DNA of 64,000 nt from Trichoplax sp. H2 (taxonomy: Eukaryota), in the NCBI GenBank assembly GCA_003344405.1, contig NOWV01000123.1:62001-126000 (forward strand). The letters are read 5' to 3'. Positions 14,234 through 32,540 of this stretch are shown piece by piece. A model generated the notes under the pieces. The model saw nothing but the letters and a program-made list of their open reading frames with translations. It did not search any database and had not been told where the DNA came from. How positions within the stretch are numbered: position 1 is the first letter of the stretch; each line of letters starts with the position of its first letter. The position numbers and the translations under genes are program-made.

Positions 14234-17200
14234 CTATTTCAGTAATTCTTTAATAGTTTCTTCGATTTCCTGTAACAGTCATGTTATTGAAAAAGTTAAC
14301 TACAGTATATACATTGCAGAGACGAAAACGAGAAATTTAATTCTATTATTACAATAAATTAACTATTAATTAAAGTTATTGTATTTTTGATGCTTACTCA
14401 TATTTAAACAAGCAAACAGATTTATGAAGGGATTATATTTACTCACCAATGGCGCAACTGTTGGTGAGTATCGTTGAACCGGTACGCCCTCTTTATTGCA
14501 GAGAAATTTACTAAAATTCCATTTAATAAAATTTCCTAATGTCCCTGGTAAACGAGATTTCAAATATTTATACAGAGGAAGAGCCTCTGATCCATTGACT
14601 TTAATTTTACTGAAGAGCTGGAATTCAGCGTTGAAATTTTTTTCTGCAAATTCTTTTATTTCTGCGTTAGACTTAGGTTCCTGATGAAATTATTAATGCA
14701 ACAGTTATCCAATATTGCAATGTAATACGAATCGCAATATAATTTAAATATCTATTTCAATGTTACGAATGATTGATTGTACGAAGACGAGGTTAGGGCT
14801 GACAATGAGTACATTTAAGCTAATGACATAATCGACATCACTAAATCAATTTAAGGGATATTTTAATCAGTTCAGTGAAAATCTACTTCAAGTCAGGTAC
14901 GATAGCAGCGAATGTAACATATGACTGTGCCTAGCATAGTACCAGGCATAGCATTAGTATCTTCGTATCTATAGTTTTACTAGAGCCAATGAGACTTATC
15001 AATTATAATTATTCTTAATGGATGCAATCATTAGCTTTAGTAATTCATACACATTGCGGTTAGTTCTATAGTATATACTTTTATAATTAAAAGGACTATG
15101 GTTGGCTGTGTCATATCAAACTAACATAACGTACAACATTTTGGAAGTAGTGAGGTTAATGTTTTCGGATGATTTCTGAAAAGTTACTAATTTGGCGCTT
15201 TAATACAGTACTATATGCTTAATTAATTCTACCAGGATTGACTTACTTGATTTCCGAACTGGTTACAAGGGAAGCCCAGTATACGGAGTCCAGACTTTGC
15301 ATACAGCACGTGCAGTTGCTGCAGTTGAGTGTAGTTCTTTTCCGTTAGCCCTCAAAAAGACGCTACATTCACGATTAGCGTTACATATCCTCTACATTGA
15401 AAATTAAAGCTCTAAATCAATACAAATCATGATACGTAAGTGATAATGTCATACAATCTTTTGCTCAATATACGTACTTATACTTCTCCAAGCTAATTTC
15501 ATCACCGTCGATGGTATTGGCTTTAAATGGGTAAATATTTGGGGACTTCCCGATCTCTTCATTGATTTCCTATATTAGGGATAAGGGCATACCACTCATA
15601 ATTAATTAATTGTTTATTAAGAAATGAATCAATTAATTACCAGTTTCAATAAAAGTAATTATATTGTTAATAATTATAAGTTAGCCTTATAAAAAGTATT
15701 TTAACATTTAATTTCATCATTTCTAGAAAAATAAAAGACTACTTACTTCTTTACTTCTACCTATTTTTACACCCATTGCTTCTAATTTCTTCATCCAAGC
15801 TAGCTGATCATTTTCATTTGGCACTAATAGCATCATATCTATTATAACAATAATGCATATATAATGCATAAATGAGTTACGCACAAAATTTAATCTACTA
15901 GCGTTCATTACCTTAATCGATTTTATGATCAGGCAATAATATGTGCAGTTGTAACGTATTGAATACGTATTTATACTCAACGTATAGTATTACAGTATAC
16001 TAGCGCAAACGCCATATACATACTGCTAATTCGCTTTCCGTTTTCAACATTACCTTGGTACTGACTTCCTTCATCGAATGTAATTTCTATGGCAGTGTCA
16101 TCATTACTAGTTACTGAAGCAACGGTCATTTCTTTCAGAGGAAATGCCCGCTTCGGATACGGGTCCTAATCCAAAGTTTTAAGATATTCAGTATCTGTAC
16201 AATAATCTCATGCTAATTTGTCTAGTAGTATATCATGGTATCTTACCAATTCTGATCCATATTTGAAAAGAAATTCCTGAGATGGAGCGACAACATAAAA
16301 AGATCTTGAGTTCATAAACATGCCTTTTCGTTCCATATACATACTGTAAGATCCACATTCTCCGGTGACGGTTTTAGCAGATGGCCCCGTATTACTATTC
16401 GGAGGGTCTGGATATGGATACATTAAACAAAATTTTAGTGTGGAGTATTGTATTAGCTATTCAGGATAACAGTAAAATCATGATATCAATCTTACATTAA
16501 TACATAATTTTACAATTTACTTACCATCTTCTTTAAAGCGATAAAATAAGTAGCCGTCTTTGAAATTGTGATCATCGACGACATGATGGATAATACCAGT
16601 GTCTAAGATTTGCTGAAATACATTGATGGCAAATGAACAATCAATTTCATAGGTAGGCATATTTTATAGAGTAAAATTATTAGCACAATTAATTGGTAGC
16701 ACAATTATTTTATAAATTTTAAGAGTAGCGTACAAATACGAATAAAAAGAATAGTAAATCCATTATTTTGTTGCATAGATTTGTAATGTCTTTGTGTTGT
16801 AATTTTTCCTACCTGGCCAACTTTGATAGCTTCTTTGCGGTCATCCGCCAAGTTTTCTTTAACAAACCAATCAACTGCTTCACTACCTATTTTCATCGAT
16901 TGAAGGTTTTATAGTTAACAGTAACCATAATATATTGTATGTATCTATTACGAGAACATTTTATTGTTCAAAGATTATGTTACTGTATACGTTGCAATGA
17001 TACAAAAGAGTTCTGTCTGATTGCGAAAGATATTTCCGTAATAATTCACCTATAAAACATTTGGCGTATGTTCTGAAATGGTAGATCCTGTCTTTGATAG
17101 AAATACCACTGGATCCCCTAAGACGTTTAGCAATGTCTTCAGCCTGTATGCATTCATTGTAAAAAATTTTGAACGTGATTATGTTCGTTAGTACTTAAAT

Positions 17201-17344
17201 TAATAATATATATTAGTGACGATACAGTACTAAGCAATCGTCATTTGATGTAAAAATGGATTACTATAATAGTTATAGATTACAAATTGTACTTAATTAG
17301 CGGCTGAATACCTGTTCAACACTTAAGGTACAGGATGAAGACAT
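14234..17344 (-). CDS. Selenoprotein: DEP domain + PH domain + GPx4-type (phospholipid hydroperoxide) glutathione peroxidase, about 386 aa, Sec TGA at 15354-15352
   Basis: Exons (minus strand): 17344-17312, 17143-17050, 16886-16813, 16612-16525, 16407-16247, 16165-16054, 15838-15747, 15569-15478, 15391-15247, 14680-14447, 14269-14234. All introns are GT-AG and phase-compatible; total 1161 nt. [112 protein letters not shown]. GPx: [43 protein letters not shown]. Confidence 0.9.
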
Positions 17345-18820
17345 TTTGCTAATCTTTCTTACAGACGAAGAAAGGAAACGCAACAATTTGACAGAAGATG
17401 AGATTTTCTAATCTCTAGTACCGTTTTAAGGAGAATGTTAAAATATAAGTTAGTTATACGCATGAGTATTTCTATGTAAAAATTTACCCTGTACTGTAAT
17501 GTAACTGCAAAACATTTACGAATTAATCAATTATTTAATATGGTAATTATGCAGTATTATAATTCATAATCATATATATATATACACTGTACATAGAATA
17601 TATATAATCGATCTTGCAGATAATGTTGTTAATATTACTAATGACCTCTTTCGCGAGTCATGACCCCTAGAGACCTGCCCACCAAGAAGTCATGATGACG
17701 ACTAGGTACTGTACATTTAGTGTACCAGTGATACGAGTAGAACACAGCACTCTAAGTACGCTACCGTACAGTATATAGGACTGTCCTGTATTGGGGCTAT
17801 ATAGCACCGCAACGTCTGTCGCACAAAGCATACGGTATATCAATGCAGGACCATACAATGATCATGCGTTCTCGTGTAATATTAGAATTAGGGAAAATAA
17901 AATAAAATAAATTAAATTAAGATTAAAAATTTGATTTTAAATCGATAGTGTATGCCCTTAATTTAGGTTCAGCGTGTACTTCATTATGGGGCTACTAAGA
18001 AAGGAATAGTGATAGTATCACTGCCGTACATTTGATTTGACCTAAAATTTTTGTGCTAGCTACTAATGACTTGTATGAGGTTAAAACTTGTTCCAAGAAA
18101 ATCGCTGACTCGTGTCCTTTCTACCATACAATCGTGCTAGCATGTCAGTATTTCATTTCGTATTTTAGGTTGCAATATTTCTTATGGTATTAAGTTCCAA
18201 TAGCCACTTGTGAAATATGACAGAATGTTGTATTATAAACACTACATTACTATACAGTATAAGAATGAGTAGAATGGATAATAGTCACAACACTACAGTA
18301 CTGTACTCCAGTATTGTTTTTACATCACTCTTAACACTCTTAAGAAGGTTTATATAATTGGTAACTCTTTTTAAGATTCGTAGATACATATACTGTACTG
18401 TATACTAGTGTAATTACTAGCGAAGGCAATTCGCTCTGTGAAAACCAAAGTGCAGGTTTCGTCGTGGGTTATTAAGGTAAAATACTTTTAACGGTCCCTG
18501 GTTTTGCATGTGATTATTATTCTTAGGTTAAATAATAATTAATCATTATTTATAATTATTAGTACTTACTGCACAAAAGTGTTTATGTTGATTTCCAAGC
18601 TTCTAATCTGCTTGTCTGAAAGCCACGACACTGGTTTCAATCCTGAAATATCAGTGCGACACGCTTAAAAGATTCTGACGTTAGTATGCGCATGTGTTCA
18701 CGGTATGGTTTTGCACAGTATGATGAACTGTAAATTACAGTACAGTCTCTGCAATTTAAAGTGTCACCTCAGTCCGGTTTGCACTGTGGCACTGTGGCAG
18801 TTCTGTTCAAACGACTTTAG

Positions 18821-19021
18821 GTACTGTACTGTACACTGTACTGTACTGTACTGTACAGTGCACAGTACAGCGGTAGCCGTAAAGTACAGTACAGTACTGT
18901 ACAGTACTTGCAAAGACAACCACTACCGACTGCCGATCAGTGATTAATACAGTACTGTACTGTACTATTAAGGGTACTATTTAACTGGCGTGGTGAGCCT
19001 TATACTGTACTGTACACTGTA
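18821..19021. repeat. TACAG/CTGTA (GTAC-rich) low-complexity cluster
   Basis: Dense runs such as gtactgtactgtacactgtactgtactgtactgtacagtgcacagtacag. Confidence 0.85.
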
Positions 19022-19216
19022 CAGTAGTCCCAGCCATAATAACCTCTATTACTCAGATTCTCATGCGTAAATAGCTTAAACGATGATACATTATTGTAAG
19101 AGTCTATAACTCAAATTTCATGCGATTATTCAAAGAGTAAGAGAATAATGTATCATCGTTTAAGCTATTTACGCTGAGTATCTGAGTAATCGGGGTTATT
19201 ATGGCTGGGCCTACTG
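19022..19216. mobile_element. MITE-like fold-back element with about 74-bp terminal inverted repeats
   Basis: Left arm 19022-19095 (cagtagtcccagccataataacc..gatacattatt) is the near-perfect reverse complement of right arm 19144-19216 (aataatgtatc..ggctgggcctactg). CAGT termini, flanked by TA on the left and CA on the right, reminiscent of Tc1/mariner-type ends. Confidence 0.7.
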
Positions 19217-19222
19217 CACAGT

Positions 19223-19272
19223 ACAGTTTTCAAACAGCAGTGCTGTACTGTACGCTGCTGTTTGAAAACTGT
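19223..19272. repeat. Short perfect inverted repeat (18-bp arms)
   Basis: acagttttcaaacagcag - 14 nt - ctgctgtttgaaaactgt. Confidence 0.85.
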
Positions 19273-19298
19273 TCAGGCATACAGTAAAGTAGTGTAGC

Positions 19299-19484
19299 TT
19301 AAGGATGTGCAAAGTCAACCCGAAGCCGTATTTAAACCCGGACTCGAGAGCGGGGTTCGGGTTAAGAATTTCTGTTATGATACAGTGGTCATAGCGATTT
19401 GACTCATTTCGGGTTAGAATATCAACAATCGGATCGGGTTTTATCGGGTTCGGGCTGCCTTTTCACTCTATTGCACAACACTGG
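19299..19484. mobile_element. Possible non-autonomous hAT-like element
   Basis: Degenerate termini (taaggatgtgcaa ... ttgcacaacactg), repeated AACCCG motifs on the left and CGGGTT motifs on the right, and a 7/8 flanking direct repeat agtgtagc (19291-19298) / actgtagc (19485-19492). Confidence 0.45.
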
Positions 19485-19770
19485 ACTGTAGCCCTTAGTT
19501 AGGTCTTTAAATTTTTAAGGTATTTACTTTAAATTTGAGTGAAATTTTACGAATACAGATCACTACAACCTTGAGCAATGGCACTTAGTATTTTATTATT
19601 ATTTTTACTGCATTACTGAGTTTTTTTATTTCTTTGAAATTTCGAATACAAACTATCAGTCACTGGTACGTGTACGGTCGGTTCAACCAGTATACAGTAC
19701 TAGTCATGCTGAATAGTGGTCTTTTTAGAAGGAAGATGCGAAACACTAGTGTCTGGTAGAGTAGGGTAGA

Positions 19771-19925
19771 GTACCGTACAGTGTACAGTACTGTACAGTA
19801 TTCACTAGTCACTACTCAGTGCTAGAGTCATATGAGTCCTTCTCTCTTTCTGTACCGTGCCGCAATACGGTACTGTATTGTACTGTACAAGTGTACATAC
19901 TGTACTGTACAGTACAATGTACAGT
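19771..19925. repeat. TACAG/CTGTA low-complexity cluster
   Basis: Repeated gtacagtgtacagtactgtacag-type units. Confidence 0.8.
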
Positions 19926-21604
19926 TGGCGTCGTTCCCATCGAATAGCTGCATAATTATAACTTATGGTTTAATATGGCGACGTCCTGTAGATGTACTGT
20001 ACGTTTATACAGAAGTTATTGGATTTGGTTGACTACAATTGTTATACATTGTAAATTGTCAGATGTGTTAGGACAATCATTCTCTGAGAGCCAAAAGTGC
20101 TTACTTGTTTGATAATGTAGTGTAGTACAGTATTAATGTTTTATTATTCTTGGAATTGCCGCAAGCAAAATTAAAACAATACTGTAGAGAAAACAAGTTT
20201 AAGAATAGTCTGTCTACCGCTACAATTGACAGATTGAGACAGCAAGACGGTTACCATGCTAATATGATAATACAAGTAGTGTATACTGTATGTTACTTTA
20301 AGTGCATATGCGCCACCTTTTCGGTGTAGCATTATTCGTATTAATTTGTTCGTTTGCATTCATAATTTTACATTGGACAGTATATGCTTAAAATACGAGT
20401 AATTTAGTTTTGGACGAAATGTAAAATGAAAGGTTGCATTATTTTAGTTGTACACTTGATGAGGGTATTGTGTCCAATGTCTCATCAGGCACTTCTCGAG
20501 GTTAAGAAGTCCAGGATACTAGACAAGAAGCTAAACAATTGGTACTGTGTGATGGAGTATTAGTGTCTGTGACTCTGTAGTATCCTCGGCCGAAAGTCTG
20601 AGTAATTGATAAAGGATTAATCTCCATATGCGTACTCTGTGCTGAGCTTGATAGCGTCAAAGTAGGTCAAAAAAGCCGGAGTATAGTGCTGATTAAATAT
20701 TATTAACTTCGATATGCTATTATCGTAAGATATGATCAATTCCACTATACTGGACACATACAGTATATGATGTAGGACACTGGCAGATTCTATGTGCGGT
20801 AGCGTAGGGCTGTTGAGAAACATTGTTAGATAACCGTTTGTTTAAATATTTTGCCTGAAGGTGCACAAAGTCTGAAGGAAAATAGTAATTCATTCAGAGA
20901 CCCTAATTACCCCCCTAATCATCATCAGCTGTATCACTGTTAGCCAAGGATTGATGTACTTGTATAGATATTTGAAAGGCGTTTATCTTTTAATTATAAC
21001 TATTCCATTCGAAAGTGGTGTAATATTACTTACTATCAGTCTATCACCGATATAATGTTTAAATATATATAGGAGTTTTCGGTGCAAAACTCAATCTTTC
21101 CCTCTAGTGAAAGATCATTTAGTTTTCACTATATTTTGCAATCTAGTACTTGACTGTCATTACGAAGGGCTGCCCTGGCTTCGTAATAATACTGTAATAA
21201 GAATAATATTATTATATAATGATGCAAAAAGGTAGTTTTAGCCATTTAGGCAGAATCCAAGCATGCATGAATTAAAGTGAGCAAATTTAAGTCAGTACGA
21301 CAGTAAGTTTTCAAAAGTGCCTGAACCAATATTGTAGGAAGCTGGACACTTCGTTCTAGAAAAGGTTAGGCATTAAAAAAAAATGTTCGCTTTGTGTCGA
21401 ACCGTAAATAAATAAGACTACATTTGCCTTCGGCAAGTTATTATAAGATTTCCCAAGCATGTATACGAAAGTAGCGTATTGAATAGTGCACTGCTATGCA
21501 GTACACTGGTATGTACAGTAAATGTTTACTAATGTCGTTGGCTGTTTACAAACCAGTAGTCTTGGTGTCTCCTCATTTAAACCGTACGGCTTACGATTAT
21601 GATT

Positions 21605-21863
21605 ACTGTACATGTACTGTACTGTACTGTATGTACACTACATTGTACTGTAAAGTACAGTACAATATGATGTTGAGTTTACAGTAAGTTACTGTACACT
21701 ACAGTACAGTATACTGTACCGTACAGTATATCAGAAATACGGATTGCGCCCGTGCAAAAATTTTAGATAGTGTACAGTACCGTAGCTTTACTGTAGCTCT
21801 GTACTGTACAGAATTTCTCAACAGAGTCATTGTACTGTACACTGTACAGTACGGTACAGTACA
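21605..21863. repeat. TACAG/CTGTA cluster about 1 kb upstream of the ZSWIM start codon
   Basis: Dense tactgtac/tacagtac units. Confidence 0.8.
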
Positions 21864-22860
21864 ATAGGGTCTACCCGATCTACCGTAATATTTACTGTTT
21901 TAACTGCAAATCGGAAGACCCATTTTCTTCTCAGCGGCATGCCATTCATTTACTTTGCAAATTTTTTTGTAATGATTCACAAGTATCTTTTTATTTTGGT
22001 CATTGAATCACATATAGTATTCTAACAAAAACTGCAAGTAGCTTCGTGTTTTATTTATTGCTGTATGGGATACCGTATATTACTCTATTACAGTATTTAA
22101 ACTATTACGAGAGTTGCAGCCAAAGCTTGCTAAGCTAAACGTGATTCATTTATCAGATTACTCATGCATTTTGCCATCTAGAAATACATAAAAATAATAC
22201 CCAATTGCGTAAGGTCTACAGTACAGTACTGTAGACTATATAGTGTACGCTGAATTTACTATATTTTAGATAAAGTCAACTTGGCATAGGGTATCCTTCA
22301 CCTCATGATAGATATCTTTATATGAGTTAAACAATCTGTATGTACAGTAAGTACTCATTTACCCTTAATAAAAAGTTAAAAAGTTTTCAATGTGTTAGAT
22401 TTGTGTAATCGTGCGGAATGCAAAATTGGATGAGCATAAGATTATATTTAACTGATATGAAAATATGTGAGTTAGCCAGCACATGTAAAATCGTAATTCA
22501 TACTGTTGTATGCACTGAAGAGTTAATGAGTGACGTCTAAATAACGCCTAGACCAGGATAGCAAAGGTGGCAAAGGAAAATGACTAAAGAACTATTACCA
22601 AATCTGCTATTATTATGCATATTAGGCTCACTATGCGGAATGGATAATTAGCTGCACAGGTCGAGGGGGGCAATCATCTCCGTCATCATTGTGCTATTAT
22701 TATTACCATTATTAATGCCCTTTTTAGATATGCCAAAGCCGAGCTAAATATAATAAACAACAAGAAGGTAGAGGATGAAAGAGATTTTTTATTAAAAGGA
22801 AGAGAATAAGAAAGCGCACGCGCATACCTATTAATGTTTACAAAGCTTCAAGTCCGCTGA

Positions 22861-30968
<8,108 letters not shown>

Positions 30969-32540
30969 TGATTTGTGTATGAAATATAATTATTGATGAA
31001 AAGTAATATATACAATATAAAGTATGTTATTTGTATAAATTGGCGTCTTAACATGCTGTTGATCCCTGTTTAACGTTTGTATCATATATATCGATTACCG
31101 TAATAGAAAAATGGATATGACATGTCATTTGCCTCTATTTCATGTTTCCATAGAATGACTGTACTTTATTTATTAGTTATAATTATTGTTGAAGCCGGTC
31201 TTTATTGAGCTTGTTCGTAAACTAATGTGTATACATGTGTTATTTATTATATTAGCTACAGTACATATTTATATCATATAACGAAAGATTTCTTAATTAT
31301 TTTCACTTTGGCCCACTATGTCATATCTATTACGCTATTGATATAATTCTTGTCTGTCTTTTCTAAAGCAATCTTTGTTGCTTGTACTATTTATTGCGGC
31401 TTTATAAGTTATAATAGACGCGCATTTTGTGTTTATTTGATACCAATTTGTCAGCTTATACGGTAAGGTGAATATCATTAGAAACAATTAAATTGCAGCT
31501 ATAATGTTCCGTTTGTTAATTTCATCTATACCAACATATACATACATGTAGCTGTTACGCTTCCTTCATTGATTCCGTTTGAGTCGTTGCTTAAGTTTAT
31601 GATCACATCTAAAGTAAATAACTGTATTACAATTGATGATCTGTAGCTATTCCTACAGTATTGATCGTGTGCGCTTTGTATAATGTATGCCATATTTTTG
31701 AAGTCTGTTTTATATCTGTTTATCATAATGCGACTACTACTAAAGATTGTACTAAACTGTGAGGATAGTTTGAACGACGAAAAGTATTTTATATGACTGG
31801 TTTAAAATTCAATGATTTACGTTGTAACTGTTATGACATCATATGCATAAAAGCGATCTCGTTTAATATCGTGAACGAAATCTAACCTCAATATTAAATT
31901 ATATAATTTGTAATGTATTTTACCCATGGTTCGATTCCTAAAATTGCAATAAAGATCCTAAGTTTGATAAGAATCATTACGTGTCACTGTATTGGATTGT
32001 TGCTTTTTAATAAATGCATAGAATTTCGTTGTATTCATTGCTCGCTATATTACTTTCACTCCTCACACAATACCGTACTCTCTTTAATACTGCACAGGAA
32101 TACGGAACTTGAATATTTTTGATAGTGTCTAGTACTAGTAATGTAGTTATGAAGCAGAATATATTATAATACAAGTATCGATTTCAAATACAGTGTTACC
32201 GTTACACCGGACTCAATAAATGTGATTGAATTGGTTATAAAAATTGTGGAATTCTTATTACCTAAATGTCATAGACCGTTTTAAATGGTAATACTATCTA
32301 CAAGGTTGTCATGTATCGCTCAATTACATTCTTAAAAGCAGGAGTAACTTATGAGTAATCTTTGGCTCTATAAGCCGAATTATTGCGCGTTAACGTATCT
32401 AATAATTATGATAAGTTTACCTACAATTTTCACAAAAAATCCTTATTTTATTATCATAACGGCAATATTTATTAACAACACATAATACATACAATATTGG
32501 GTTTGATTATATAATAGTTAACGAAATATTATTGCTTCGC

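Noticed and set aside
15247-15391. GPx as a pseudogene because of the in-frame TGA
   Set aside because: The TGA is exactly at the catalytic position, all other exons are intact, and a SECIS is present.
18630-18645. GGTTTCAATCC resembling a tRNA T-loop/B-box
   Set aside because: No cloverleaf, acceptor stem or anticodon arm can be built around it.
18436-18718. Possible degenerate fold-back (ctgtgaaaacca ... tggttttgcacag)
   Set aside because: Only short scattered matches; not distinguishable from chance by eye.
19024-19035. GTAGTCCCAGC resembling the SRP/7SL Alu domain
   Set aside because: It is part of a terminal inverted repeat, and no SRP helix-8 motif follows.
20899-20920. CCCTAA repeats as a possible telomerase RNA template
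   Set aside because: There is no 1.5-repeat CTAACCCT-type template and no clear pseudoknot.
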